Notes: generated from the sequence alone by a model not told the origin. A stretch of DNA of 64,000 nucleotides from Candidatus Omnitrophota bacterium (GCA_903884815.1 CAISGE010000062.1:17-64016); one strand, 5' to 3'; shown: positions 18,691 to 28,508, numbered from the stretch's first letter. Translations and numbers: made by a program.

Positions 18691-19662
18691 ATGCTAGTCG
18701 ACAAAATACATCTGACCGTTCAGGGCGGACGCGGCGGCAAAGGGTGTGAAAGTTTTAACTTTCGCAGTGACCGCAAGAGAGTTCCGAATGGCGCCGACGG
18801 CGGTGACGGCGGGAATGTGATCTTTCGCGCCTCGCATAACGCGCCGGGGCTCGATCGTCTTCGCTTGAAGCAGCATTTGGAGGCGGAGAACGGCGAGCAA
18901 GGCAGCAGTGACAATAAACGTGGCGCCAAGGGCGACGATCTTCTCGTGTTGGTCCCGCTTGGGACGTCGATCTTTCGTCGGGAAAAACATCTCGCGATAC
19001 GCGACCTCTATCTTGAAGGAGAGGAAGTGATCGTCGCGCGCGGCGGCAGGGGAGGTTCCGGAAATATCGGGGACAAGACGGCAACTTCGGGTGAAGAGGG
19101 GGAATCGCTTGAGATCGATGTGGAGTTCCGCATCATGGCGGATGTTTTTCTCTTGGGTCTTCCGAGTGCCGGAAAATCTTCATTATTGCACCATCTGACA
19201 CGTGCGCCGATCGAAGGCAAGGATTATCCTTTTGCGACGCGCAGTCCTGTTCTTGGGATCCATCCCTATGATGACTATAAGCAAATCATTTTTTGCGAGC
19301 TTCCTTCAATTTTTGAAGGCTCCAAAGAAGGGCGCGGGTTGGGGACTGATTTCCTGCGGCATCTGGCACGCGCGAAGCTGATCGTATTCATGATCGATGC
19401 GACCCTTAAATTTTCAGAATCAGCGATCGCTGGATTGAACACGTTGCAAAAACTTGCCTATGAGCATGACGCGGCTTTTCGGCAGATCCCGAGCGTGGTG
19501 GTGGTCAATAAAATCGATCTCGGGCAGGACCTTGGCGTGATCGAGGCTGAAATGAAGAGCTCGGGCCAGATCTATTTTTTGATTTCGGTGAAAACCGGAG
19601 AAGGGGTAGAATCCCTCATGAAGTTCATCCACGAGAAAATTGAGCACGAAGGTCATGTCTGA
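18691..19662 (+). CDS. obg: GTPase Obg/CgtA
   Basis: Gly-rich Obg fold (GGRGGKG...GGDGG) followed by a GTPase G1 motif (GLPSAGKSS); conserved rplU-rpmA-obg linkage. Confidence 0.9.
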   Translation: MLVDKIHLTVQGGRGGKGCESFNFRSDRKRVPNGADGGDGGNVIFRASHNAPGLDRLRLKQHLEAENGEQGSSDNKRGAKGDDLLVLVPLGTSIFRREKHLAIRDLYLEGEEVIVARGGRGGSGNIGDKTATSGEEGESLEIDVEFRIMADVFLLGLPSAGKSSLLHHLTRAPIEGKDYPFATRSPVLGIHPYDDYKQIIFCELPSIFEGSKEGRGLGTDFLRHLARAKLIVFMIDATLKFSESAIAGLNTLQKLAYEHDAAFRQIPSVVVVNKIDLGQDLGVIEAEMKSSGQIYFLISVKTGEGVESLMKFIHEKIEHEGHV

Positions 19663-20770
19663 GCGCGTCCGCCACGCCCAAAAGATCGTTATTAAGATCG
19701 GGACAAGCATCCTTAAGACCCGAGGGGAAAGTTTTTCCCATAAAGAGCATGCGCGTGTCTGCCAGGAGATCCATACTCTTATCAAAAAAGGCCGCCGCCC
19801 GGTCCTTGTAAGCTCCGGCGCTATCGCGCTGGGGATGAAGAGCTGTGGCTTCAAAAAGCGGCCGAAGGAAATGGCGGAGTTGCAGGCTTGTGCCGCGATC
19901 GGTCAGGGCAAGCTGATGCATGCCTACGAGACTTTTTTCGCCAAGAAGAATGTTCATACCGCTCAGCTGCTTCTGACACGCGACGGGCTGGAGGACCGCA
20001 AACGGTTTCTTTGCGCGCGCAACACCCTCGAGACCCTCCTGAAGCTCAACATCCTCCCGATCGTCAATGAAAATGATACGGTGGCGGTCGAAGAGATCGC
20101 GTTCGGCGATAATGATATCCTCTCAGTTCATGTGGCCCACCTGGTCGGCGCGGATCTTTTGGTAAACCTTTCGGACGCGGAAGGTTTTCTCCTGAAAGAT
20201 GGGACCCGCGTGCGGGAAGTGACCTCGGAAGACGAGATCGATAGCAAACTCGTGATGCATCTGGCAGACAAAAAACGTGAAGAGACTGTCGGCGGTATGC
20301 GCGCCAAGCTCAAGGCGGCCCGTGTCGCGATGCAACTCGGGATCCCTTTCATGATCGTGAACGGCCATAAGCCCCATATCCTTCAGGAGATCATCGAGGG
20401 GAAGGATGTCGGAACCTTATTTATTACTTCCGGAGCTCAAAAAGACATGCGTCACAAGTGGATCGCCTTTTCGGCGACACGGAGCGGCAGCGTGACGGTC
20501 GATGACGGGGCTTATCAGGCCCTTCTTGCAAAAAAGAGCCTTTTGCCCGGCGGAATCGTGAAGATCCAGGGGAACTTCGAAGCCGGGCAGGTGGTGGAGC
20601 TTGAAACGCTCGAAGGCAAGGTTTTCGGACGAGGCGTGGTCCACTACAGTAGCCGCGATCTCGGGCGTATTGCCGGGAAGAAGTCCGGAGAGATCCAAAC
20701 GATTCTCGGTAAAAAAGCCTCGGATGAAGTGATCCACAGAAATGACCTTGTGATCTGGAGCGAACGATGA
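19655..20770 (+). CDS. proB: Glutamate 5-kinase (with PUA domain)
   Basis: Amino-acid-kinase family motifs (VIKIGTS...VSSGAIALG) and a C-terminal PUA domain. Confidence 0.88.
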   Translation: MSERVRHAQKIVIKIGTSILKTRGESFSHKEHARVCQEIHTLIKKGRRPVLVSSGAIALGMKSCGFKKRPKEMAELQACAAIGQGKLMHAYETFFAKKNVHTAQLLLTRDGLEDRKRFLCARNTLETLLKLNILPIVNENDTVAVEEIAFGDNDILSVHVAHLVGADLLVNLSDAEGFLLKDGTRVREVTSEDEIDSKLVMHLADKKREETVGGMRAKLKAARVAMQLGIPFMIVNGHKPHILQEIIEGKDVGTLFITSGAQKDMRHKWIAFSATRSGSVTVDDGAYQALLAKKSLLPGGIVKIQGNFEAGQVVELETLEGKVFGRGVVHYSSRDLGRIAGKKSGEIQTILGKKASDEVIHRNDLVIWSER

Positions 20771-22023
20771 ACTGGAAACGGCAGTTGGAGCGAATGCTTG
20801 TGAAGGCCCGTCCCGCCGCCGCTGCGGCAGGACAATGGTCCACGGATTTTAAAAAGAAGCTTCTCCTGGATATTGCTTCGCGAATTGAAAAAAAAGCCGC
20901 GTGGCTTGTTGCTGAAAACAGCAAAGATCTCGTGAAGGCCAAGGCGGGTGGACTCTCCTCCGCGATGATCGATCGTCTGACGCTCAGTGAAAAGCGCGTG
21001 AGGGAGATGGCCGCGGGCGTGCGTGCCGTCGCACGACTGCAGGATCCGATTGGCAGGGTGCAGGCGAAGTGGACGCGACCCAATGGCCTGAAGCTACGGA
21101 AAGTGACTGTGCCGTTGGGTGTCATCCTGATGATTTATGAATCCCGCCCGAATGTAACCGTGGAATGCGCGGCGCTTTGTCTTAAAAGCTCCAATGTGGC
21201 GATCCTTCGCGGCGGTCGGGAAGCCATGGCCTCGAACCGTGCGTTCGTTTCGATCTTCCAGGACTCCCTCATAGCTCACGGACTTTCGCCTTTTTATGTG
21301 AACCTTGTCACGACCACGGACTACGATGCCGTGGATTTTCTTTTGAAACAGGAAGGCAGGATCGATCTTGTGATCCCGCGCGGCGGAGAAAAACTGATTC
21401 GCCGTGTCGTGCAGAAGTCGCGTATTCCGGTGGTGAAACACTACCAGGGGATTTGCCATGTCTATGTGGACAAAAAAGCCGACCTCAAAAAAGCGGTTGC
21501 GATCACGCTGAACGCAAAGCTGCAGCGCCCGGGGGTGTGCAATGCGATGGAGACCCTTCTGGTGCACCGGGAGATTGCCGCAAAGTTTTTGCTGCTGGTG
21601 GGGGATCCCCTTAGGCGCGGCGGGTGCGAGGTCCGGGGGGACGTGTTGTCTTGTCGCTACCTCCCTTGGGCGAAGCGCGCAAAAGCCAATGATTATGGGC
21701 ACGAATTTCTGGAGAAGATCCTTGCGGTACGTGTTGTCAAGGATTTGGAAGAAGCCGTTCACCACATTGAGACCTACGGGTCCCATCATACCGACGCCAT
21801 CGTGACCCAGGATAAGGAAACGGCTGCGGCATTCACGGCGAAGGTGGATTCGTCGTCCGTCATGGTCAATGCCTCCACGCGTTTTTCGGACGGATTTGAG
21901 TACGGATTTGGTGCCGAGATAGGTATCTCGACCGACAAGGTTCACGCGCGTGGGCCCATGGGACTTGAGGGCCTTACTTCGTACAAATATATCGTCGAGG
22001 GGAATGGCCACATACGTAATTAA
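20767..22023 (+). CDS. proA: Gamma-glutamyl phosphate reductase
   Basis: Aldehyde-dehydrogenase-like ProA with catalytic Cys (QRPGVCNAMETLLVH); start overlaps the proB stop. Confidence 0.9.
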   Translation: MNWKRQLERMLVKARPAAAAAGQWSTDFKKKLLLDIASRIEKKAAWLVAENSKDLVKAKAGGLSSAMIDRLTLSEKRVREMAAGVRAVARLQDPIGRVQAKWTRPNGLKLRKVTVPLGVILMIYESRPNVTVECAALCLKSSNVAILRGGREAMASNRAFVSIFQDSLIAHGLSPFYVNLVTTTDYDAVDFLLKQEGRIDLVIPRGGEKLIRRVVQKSRIPVVKHYQGICHVYVDKKADLKKAVAITLNAKLQRPGVCNAMETLLVHREIAAKFLLLVGDPLRRGGCEVRGDVLSCRYLPWAKRAKANDYGHEFLEKILAVRVVKDLEEAVHHIETYGSHHTDAIVTQDKETAAAFTAKVDSSSVMVNASTRFSDGFEYGFGAEIGISTDKVHARGPMGLEGLTSYKYIVEGNGHIRN

Positions 22024-22032
22024 AGGCGGTCT

Positions 22033-22617
22033 TTGAGCATGAGGATCGGTATCTTTGGAGGGACCTTTGACCCGGTTCACCGCGGACATCTGGAGCTTGC
22101 TCAAAATGCCCGGGCCCAGTTCTCGCTTGATAAAGTTGTTTTTGTACCAGCGTATCAGCCTCCGCATAAGCAAAACACTCCTTCTTTGACCCCTGCTCAG
22201 GATCGGTATGAAATGGTGCGCCTTTCCCTGGAGGGAGAGGCGGGCCTTGAAATCTCTGATTGTGAGGTGTCGCGAAAAGGGGTTTCCTATACTGTCGATA
22301 CCATTCTCGAATTTGAAAAAAAATATCCGGGGGCGGAATTATTTTTGATCCTCGGAAAAGACACGCTCACCGGCCTTTCGGGTTGGCATCGTGCCGATGA
22401 GCTGAAGAAAATGGTTCGTTTTCTTGTCGCGAGGAGAGAGACGGATGAAACTCCCGAGGTCCCAGGGGCCCGCGTCGACTGGATAAGAATGCCATTATGT
22501 CCGGTCTCAGCTTCGGGGATCCGTCAGGCCATCAAGCAGGGCAAGCAAGTGGACGATGATCTGCCTCTCAAGGTTCAGCAATACATTCGAGAACACAAGC
22601 TTTACCGGGAAAATTAA
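22033..22617 (+). CDS. nadD: Nicotinate-nucleotide adenylyltransferase
   Basis: GIFGGTFDPVHRGH nucleotidyltransferase motif. Confidence 0.88.
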   Translation: MSMRIGIFGGTFDPVHRGHLELAQNARAQFSLDKVVFVPAYQPPHKQNTPSLTPAQDRYEMVRLSLEGEAGLEISDCEVSRKGVSYTVDTILEFEKKYPGAELFLILGKDTLTGLSGWHRADELKKMVRFLVARRETDETPEVPGARVDWIRMPLCPVSASGIRQAIKQGKQVDDDLPLKVQQYIREHKLYREN

Positions 22618-22620
22618 AAG

Positions 22621-23856
22621 ATGAATATCGCCATGCACTTAGCCATTTTGGGATTGCTCTTCCTCCTCTCCTTCTTTTTTTCCGCTTCCGAGACGGCCCT
22701 TTTCTCCCTTTCGAAGCTCGACAAACGCAAGCTCAAGGAGCAGTCCCCGCATCTTTCGAAATGGATCTTTGAGCATCTTGAAAAACCGCGCAAGACCCTC
22801 GCGACAGTTCTGATCGGTAATTTGTTTGTAAATTCTCTTGCGACGGCGACGGTCACGCTCATTGTTCTCAAAATATTCGGGAGTTCGGGCTTGGGCGTTT
22901 GGATGACGGTTTTCACTGTTTTTCTCATTGTCTTCTGCGAGATGTTCCCGAAGATCCTCGCGGTTCAGGCGCGGATCAAAGTGGCCTTGCTTGTGTCCTT
23001 ACCCTTAAAATTCTTCGCGATACTTTTCGCGCCGTTCAGAATTTTGATGCGCTTTGCCACCGATAGGATCCTTTCTTTTTTAGTGCACGAGAAGATCGAG
23101 CAGTCGGACATGATTTCGGAAAAGGAACTCAAAGTCCTTGTGAAGATCGGGGAGGAAGAGGGGGTTTTAGGCGGCCAGGAGCGCCACATGATCCAGAAGC
23201 TTTTGGATCTTGGCGAGCGACCGGTTAAAGATATCATGACGCCACGAACGGATTTAGTCGGACTTGATATCGACGAGCCTTCCGAGAAGCATGAGGAGTT
23301 GATCCGGAAATATCACTTTAGCCGTCTTCCGATTTTTCAGGGTTCACTCGACCATATTCTTGGGGTCGTGGAGTCGCAGAATTATCTATTGCAGGAACCC
23401 CGGTTGGATGTCAAGCGTGTCATGCGAGAATCGCTCTTTGTTCCGGAAAGTAAACGGATCGACGATCTCCTTGAAACGTTTCGGATCAAGAATGAGCGTT
23501 TTGCGGTGTGTGTGGATGAGTTTGGCGGGACGGCGGGGGTGGTCACCCAGGAAGATATTCTGGAGGAGATCTTTGGAGAGTTCTATGACGAATACTCCAA
23601 GGTCGAAAATCCTATCCGGCGTCTGGGGGAAGATCTTTATCTTGTGGAAGGAAAGGTCAGCCTCCAGGAGTTTAACGAATTCTTTTCCGCGCATCTTGCT
23701 GCGGAAGAAGCCACGACTCTGGGCGGCTATCTCTTCGAAAAAATGGGGGTCGTTCCAGTTAAAGGTGCTGCTTTGAACACGGAGCCTTTCGATTTTGTGA
23801 TCCAGGATATGGTGCGTCAGCGGATCCACCAGGTCACAGTCAGGAGGAAGAAGTGA
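22621..23856 (+). CDS. CNNM/CorC-family transporter (DUF21 + CBS pair + CorC_HlyC)
   Basis: DUF21 TM domain (SASETALFS), a CBS pair and a C-terminal CorC/HlyC transporter-associated domain. Confidence 0.8.
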   Translation: MNIAMHLAILGLLFLLSFFFSASETALFSLSKLDKRKLKEQSPHLSKWIFEHLEKPRKTLATVLIGNLFVNSLATATVTLIVLKIFGSSGLGVWMTVFTVFLIVFCEMFPKILAVQARIKVALLVSLPLKFFAILFAPFRILMRFATDRILSFLVHEKIEQSDMISEKELKVLVKIGEEEGVLGGQERHMIQKLLDLGERPVKDIMTPRTDLVGLDIDEPSEKHEELIRKYHFSRLPIFQGSLDHILGVVESQNYLLQEPRLDVKRVMRESLFVPESKRIDDLLETFRIKNERFAVCVDEFGGTAGVVTQEDILEEIFGEFYDEYSKVENPIRRLGEDLYLVEGKVSLQEFNEFFSAHLAAEEATTLGGYLFEKMGVVPVKGAALNTEPFDFVIQDMVRQRIHQVTVRRKK

Positions 23857-24806
23857 TCGGACTTCTGGTCATTTTCTTTTTGTCGGTGGTCGTTTCAGCG
23901 TTTTTTTCCGCGGCCGAAATGGCGTTTGTTTCCGCGAACAAGCTGAGGCTCCGGGAAATGGCCGATGCGGGTGATAAAAAAGCCCGGTTCATCATGCAAC
24001 TCCAACAGCATCCCAATTATTTCCTGACAGCGCTCCTGATCGGAAACAATGGCGTGAACGTTCTCGCGATCTCCATCGCGACCTGCATTTTTAAGAAATA
24101 TCTCGGGTGGAATAGTGAGTGGCTTGTGATGCTGCTCATCGCCCCGATCCTCATTATCTTCGCGGAGATGGCACCTAAGGATTATGGCCGTTTGAATGCT
24201 ATTTCTTTTCTACGCGGAAAAACATTTTGGATCCGATGGCTCAAGGCCGTCCTCTATGGACCCATCATTTTGTTCTTCAGGATTCTGGGTTTCTTTTGGC
24301 CGTCTTTTCAGCAAGGCCAGGTCCGTGATATTTTCGTCAATGAAGAGGAATTCCGTTCCCTGATCGAGGAAAGCTCTCACCGAGGCATCGTGGGCCCCCA
24401 AGAGCAGAAGTTGATCCACACGATCCTTGATTTCGAGCGTATCCAGGTGCAGTCCGTGATGTTGCCCCTCGGGAAGGTCCCGATGGTGGATATCCACAGT
24501 AAGATCGAAGATGTCAAGCGTATCGCCCGGGAAACCCAGTCCCGCATGATGCTTGTTTATGAGGAGATCCCTTCGATCGTTATGGGGATGGTCTATGTTT
24601 TCGATATTCTGTGGGAGGAAGAGAATGCGCGTGGTCTTCACGACTTTCTCCGTGCGCCGATCTTTATCCCTGAAGAAACGTCCCTGGAAAAAGCCTTCCT
24701 GCTGCTGCAGAAAAAACGCCAATCCTACGCCGTAGTGACGGATCGGGCGGGGGATATCAAAGGGGTTGTTCCCATAGAGCGGCTTCTTATATTTGAAAAG
24801 CACTGA
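23853..24806 (+). CDS. Second CNNM-like protein (DUF21 + CBS pair, lacks CorC C-terminus)
   Basis: GTG start overlapping the upstream TGA, AGGAGG RBS, DUF21 motif (SAAEMAFVS) and a CBS pair; tandem paralogue. Confidence 0.7.
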   Translation: MIGLLVIFFLSVVVSAFFSAAEMAFVSANKLRLREMADAGDKKARFIMQLQQHPNYFLTALLIGNNGVNVLAISIATCIFKKYLGWNSEWLVMLLIAPILIIFAEMAPKDYGRLNAISFLRGKTFWIRWLKAVLYGPIILFFRILGFFWPSFQQGQVRDIFVNEEEFRSLIEESSHRGIVGPQEQKLIHTILDFERIQVQSVMLPLGKVPMVDIHSKIEDVKRIARETQSRMMLVYEEIPSIVMGMVYVFDILWEEENARGLHDFLRAPIFIPEETSLEKAFLLLQKKRQSYAVVTDRAGDIKGVVPIERLLIFEKH

Positions 24807-25020
24807 CCGAAACCTTTCTTTCTCTCGCGATCGTTTTTTAGTCCGATAATATCGGCCTTCCTCGAAGTTCTTACTAAAGAGAGCTTCTTTTTATTCAGAC
24901 TTCCGCAAATGTTGGATTCCATTAGTCCGATTTCTACTATAGCGATTCATTACTATAAAGCTTTACTAAGACAAGCCGTTACATTACAGGCAAATCTTTT
25001 AATTCAAGGAGACGATCTTT

Positions 25021-26121
25021 TTGAGAATTATCGCCATCGCGAATCAAAAAGGCGGATGTGGAAAGACTACGACCAGCATTAATTTCTCGGCTTGTCTGAA
25101 TTTTCTTCAGAAGAAAGTGCTCGTGGTCGATCTGGATCCGCAGGGGCATTCCACTTGTGGGTTGGGTGTCAAAACTCAGAGGGGCATGCTGACCCTTTAT
25201 GACCTTTTGAGTCCTCTTCAGAGCGTGACGCCTTCTCTTTCCCAGGTCATCCAAAACCTTCGGACGGATTTTGATCTCCTTCCTTGTAACGCAAGCCTGA
25301 ACGCGATCGAAGAAGAATTCGGGTTTATGCCCAATTATCACCTTAAGCTTCGGGATCTTCTGGCCAGGATTTCTGAAGACCCTCGCCGATACGATTTTGT
25401 GGTGCTGGATTGTCCTCCGAATCTTGGCATGCTCACCTGGAACGCTCTGAATGCGGCCGATGAGATCATTGTTCCCGTGGAGCCCTCCTTTTTTTCGCTG
25501 CATGGCCTCGCCAAGATCTCGGAGACTCTTCAGATCGTGAATCGAAGCCGGGAGACGCCTTTGGCGGTTCACGCGCTTCTGACGCTTTTTAACTCCGAGG
25601 TGAATTTCTCCCATGAAATCTACGATGAAGTTCGCGCCCACTTCAAAGACAGGCTCTTTACAACGATCATTCACGAACATGTCAGTCTCAAAGAGGCCGC
25701 CGCGGCGGGGCAGAGTATTGTTCAGTATGGGCCACAATCACAAGCCTTTCAGGACTACCTGAATCTGGCGGTGGAATATCTGGAACGGGACTGGAATCGC
25801 AAACTCCCGGAAAAGGAGTTGGGTTGGGAGCAGGTTTATCAAAACCATTTTGGGCCGCGGCAGGTTTCGGACGGGATCCTCTTTCAGTTTTTGAGCAAGA
25901 CAGCGTCGTCTGTGGAGATCGCCGGGGATTTTAATCATTGGGTCGCAGAGCCTCTCTTGCGGCGCAATCAAGACGGGCTTTGGCAGAAGGTTATTCCGGT
26001 GGAGCCTAAAACGTTTCGATATAAGTTTATCGTGGATGGGGAGTGGCAGGTTGATCCTAGTCAACCCATGCAGCGAGAAAATGCTTATGGCGGCGTTGAT
26101 TCTTACGTGGAGTTATCCTGA
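25021..26121 (+). CDS. ParA/Soj-family P-loop ATPase fused to a C-terminal AMPK-beta-type glycogen-binding domain (CBM48)
   Basis: TTG start with an AGGAG RBS. Deviant Walker A (NQKGGCGKTTTSINFSACL) and Walker B (VLDCPPNL). The C-terminal ~85 aa (VEIAGDFNHW...YKFIVDGEWQVDPSQP) align closely to the AMPK beta GBD/CBM48 (SGSFNNW...YKFFVDGQWTHDPSEP). Confidence 0.8.
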   Translation: MRIIAIANQKGGCGKTTTSINFSACLNFLQKKVLVVDLDPQGHSTCGLGVKTQRGMLTLYDLLSPLQSVTPSLSQVIQNLRTDFDLLPCNASLNAIEEEFGFMPNYHLKLRDLLARISEDPRRYDFVVLDCPPNLGMLTWNALNAADEIIVPVEPSFFSLHGLAKISETLQIVNRSRETPLAVHALLTLFNSEVNFSHEIYDEVRAHFKDRLFTTIIHEHVSLKEAAAAGQSIVQYGPQSQAFQDYLNLAVEYLERDWNRKLPEKELGWEQVYQNHFGPRQVSDGILFQFLSKTASSVEIAGDFNHWVAEPLLRRNQDGLWQKVIPVEPKTFRYKFIVDGEWQVDPSQPMQRENAYGGVDSYVELS

Positions 26122-26933
26122 TGAATGAGGATGCGAAAAAATTGGTGCGTGGGCTGAAGGATCTTTCGCCGCTTTTCGGTGTTGTCCCTGAAGAAGTTGT
26201 AGCCCGCAGATCTCCGGAAGTTCAAATTTTAGGGGTCTCAAGCCCGGACTGTGAAGGCGATTCTTTGTTCCTTAACACATTTTTTGCTTCGCAGCTCCTT
26301 CTGTCGGAGAAAGCCTGCTCTCTGGTCAGCGTTTTATCCCGGTGTTCCAAGAATTTGCCAAGGGAGGGAGAAGTTTCTCCTGAATTGTTCGGGGAGCACC
26401 TTCAGCGCTACTCCCTTTATTGGGATGAGCTCCGAGATCTTGTAGGGGGGGCTTCCTCGGGAAAATCGGGGGGGGTGTTGCAGAGTCGGGATATTTTTTT
26501 GGATTTTGAGTACCGGCATTTGCTCCACTTTGAGGGGGCCATTTGTCTTCTGGATAAGTGGGTTCTACTTTTGAAGCCGAACGCTGAATCTCTGACTGAG
26601 GGTTATAAAATGATGAAGGTTGGGCATTCCCTTAATCCGCAGCTTGAGTTTTGTATCGTATTGGAAGGGAGGGCTGAGGAGGCGAAAGGGGAGATGCTCT
26701 TTAAAAGATTCTCGGATTTCACTATGAGGTATCTTGATATTCAGTTGGGTTGGCTTGGTTGGATGGATCTTGCGGACCCCGCCCGTCATTTCTCGTCAGC
26801 GCTCCATGTGGAGCCTCTGCGCTTTCGATCCTGGGACCCGAAGCCCAGCTTGCAAAAGTTTGTCCTCGCCCATTGGGTTGAATCCCTAGAGAAGAAGATG
26901 GCTGTTGGAATTTCCGAGGGGGGCTCGCGATGA
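26121..26933 (+). CDS. Hypothetical protein, possibly a degenerate ParA/MinD-fold pseudo-ATPase
   Basis: Translationally coupled to the upstream gene (ATGA overlap). The N-terminal segment ILGVSSPDCEGDS sits where a Walker A would be but lacks lysines; assignment is tentative. Confidence 0.4.
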   Translation: MNEDAKKLVRGLKDLSPLFGVVPEEVVARRSPEVQILGVSSPDCEGDSLFLNTFFASQLLLSEKACSLVSVLSRCSKNLPREGEVSPELFGEHLQRYSLYWDELRDLVGGASSGKSGGVLQSRDIFLDFEYRHLLHFEGAICLLDKWVLLLKPNAESLTEGYKMMKVGHSLNPQLEFCIVLEGRAEEAKGEMLFKRFSDFTMRYLDIQLGWLGWMDLADPARHFSSALHVEPLRFRSWDPKPSLQKFVLAHWVESLEKKMAVGISEGGSR

Positions 26934-27466
26934 TCGCCGCCCCCGAACGCATTTTTCGCCAGGAGATCTTTCAATCGATCCGCTCCTCCATCCAGGAACT
27001 TCATGCGGATAAAGTGATCCTTGAGGACGTGAATGGAGCCCCCTACCTCTTTAAAAGCAAAGATGCGCAGGTTTGGGCGCGGATTTTTTACAGGTCCATG
27101 CGGGATTATTCCCTTGTGGAACTTCAGCAGGAGATCAGGAAGCTCTGGGTGCTAATGCCGAGTAGTGCGGTACTCTATCTTTTTTATCCAGAATTGGACC
27201 GTCAGCAGATCCTCAAAATGAACGGCTTTAGCGATCGTTTGAGTTTTTTTGAATATGCGGGACTTTCTGGCGTGGCGCATGAACAGAGGGACATCAAAAT
27301 CTGTAAGTGGATGCCCTCCTGGATTCAAGAGGGGATTTCCCCTCGAGAGGGTGTGGTTGCTCCTCTGGTGCCGGTTTCGCCCGCCAGCTTTTTGAGAATT
27401 TCTTGTCTGACACCGCAGGAGATCCAGGGCCTTACGGAGTTGTCTTTGGCTTTATCCCGGGTCTGA
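26930..27466 (+). CDS. Hypothetical protein
   Basis: Translationally coupled (ATGA); no recognised domain. Confidence 0.4.
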   Translation: MIAAPERIFRQEIFQSIRSSIQELHADKVILEDVNGAPYLFKSKDAQVWARIFYRSMRDYSLVELQQEIRKLWVLMPSSAVLYLFYPELDRQQILKMNGFSDRLSFFEYAGLSGVAHEQRDIKICKWMPSWIQEGISPREGVVAPLVPVSPASFLRISCLTPQEIQGLTELSLALSRV

Positions 27467-27538
27467 AGCTACACGTGAAGGGTTTTTATATTTCGTTCTT
27501 GATGGTGCCTCCCAACTCTTCTATAATCACCCCCACTT

Positions 27539-28255
27539 ATGACAAGCTCAATTATCCAGAATCTTGATACCCTCAAAAAAGCCCAGCGCTTGGACAGTGA
27601 GATTCATCAAGCCCAAGGTCTCCTGGAAGAGATTCCTGCAAAGCGAGCCAAGCTCAAAGCTGAAATGGAATTCGAGAAAGGGCGTCTGCATGAGCTTGAA
27701 AAATCCCTCAAGGATATTCAGGTGAAGTTGAAGGACCGGGAATTGGAGCTTTCTCAAAAAGAAAATCAGATCAAGAAACTTGACGGGCAACTCTCGCAGG
27801 TAAAAACGAATAAGGAATACGCCGCGTTGCAGCAGGAAGTCGCTTCTCTCAAAGCCGACAACTCTCTTCTCGAGGAGGGGATCATTCATATTTTGGATGA
27901 AGTCGATGCTGCCAAAGACGAGACTCGGAAGGAGAAAGAGAAGCTTGCTCTTATTACAAAATCCTTTCAGGAAAAAGACGATGCGTTGGCCGGTCAGGAA
28001 AAGACCTTGCAGATTCGCCTTGCTGAGATGAAGAAGCAACGCGACGAAGCAGTCGTCCAGTTACCTCTCGAACTCGGAGAGCTCTATCAAAGGATTGCTT
28101 TCAAAAAACAAGGGCTTGCGCTGGCGGCTGTAAATGGTGAAAATTGCGCGGCCTGTCAGATGAATTTGCGTCCGCAGCTTCTTAACGAAATACGGCTAGG
28201 GGAACAGATCATTGTTTGCGAGAATTGCTCCCGCATTCTCTATTACGAAGCTTAG
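27539..28255 (+). CDS. Coiled-coil protein with C-terminal C4 zinc ribbon (zf-RING_7/DUF164-like)
   Basis: About 190 aa of coiled coil followed by C..C-(17)-C..C (CAACQMNL...CENCSRILY). Confidence 0.6.
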   Translation: MTSSIIQNLDTLKKAQRLDSEIHQAQGLLEEIPAKRAKLKAEMEFEKGRLHELEKSLKDIQVKLKDRELELSQKENQIKKLDGQLSQVKTNKEYAALQQEVASLKADNSLLEEGIIHILDEVDAAKDETRKEKEKLALITKSFQEKDDALAGQEKTLQIRLAEMKKQRDEAVVQLPLELGELYQRIAFKKQGLALAAVNGENCAACQMNLRPQLLNEIRLGEQIIVCENCSRILYYEA

Positions 28256-28416
28256 TTTTCCCTCCCTTCCCGGAGTTGCTCCAAAGATTTCCTCTTAACC
28301 AGTCCGTTCTTTAGGTATTTGCTTTCCCCTATAGACGTTTTCCCGACTTAGCTCAAAACCCCCCTTGGGTCTTTCTGCCCGGCCGTCTTTTTCCGAATTC
28401 CCTGAAAAAAAGAATA

Positions 28417-28445
28417 TTGACAGGGTATTAAGGTAAAGATATACT
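28417..28445 (+). promoter_or_regulatory. Pmra-like sigma70 promoter (TTGACA-17-TATACT) upstream of mraZ
   Basis: Exact -35 hexamer, 17-nt spacer and a TATACT -10, about 60 nt upstream of mraZ. Confidence 0.6.
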
Positions 28446-28460
28446 GCCGCCGATAATAAA

Positions 28461-28485
28461 GTGGGAGGAAGTGGGAGATAGTGGT
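28461..28485 (+). promoter_or_regulatory. MraZ operator: three direct GTGG(G/T) repeats at 10-bp periodicity
   Basis: GTGGGaggaaGTGGGagataGTGGTagata between the promoter and the mraZ start, matching the known MraZ box architecture in E. coli and B. subtilis. Confidence 0.55.
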
Positions 28486-28508
28486 AGATAAGAAAGGAGT
28501 AGGAATCC

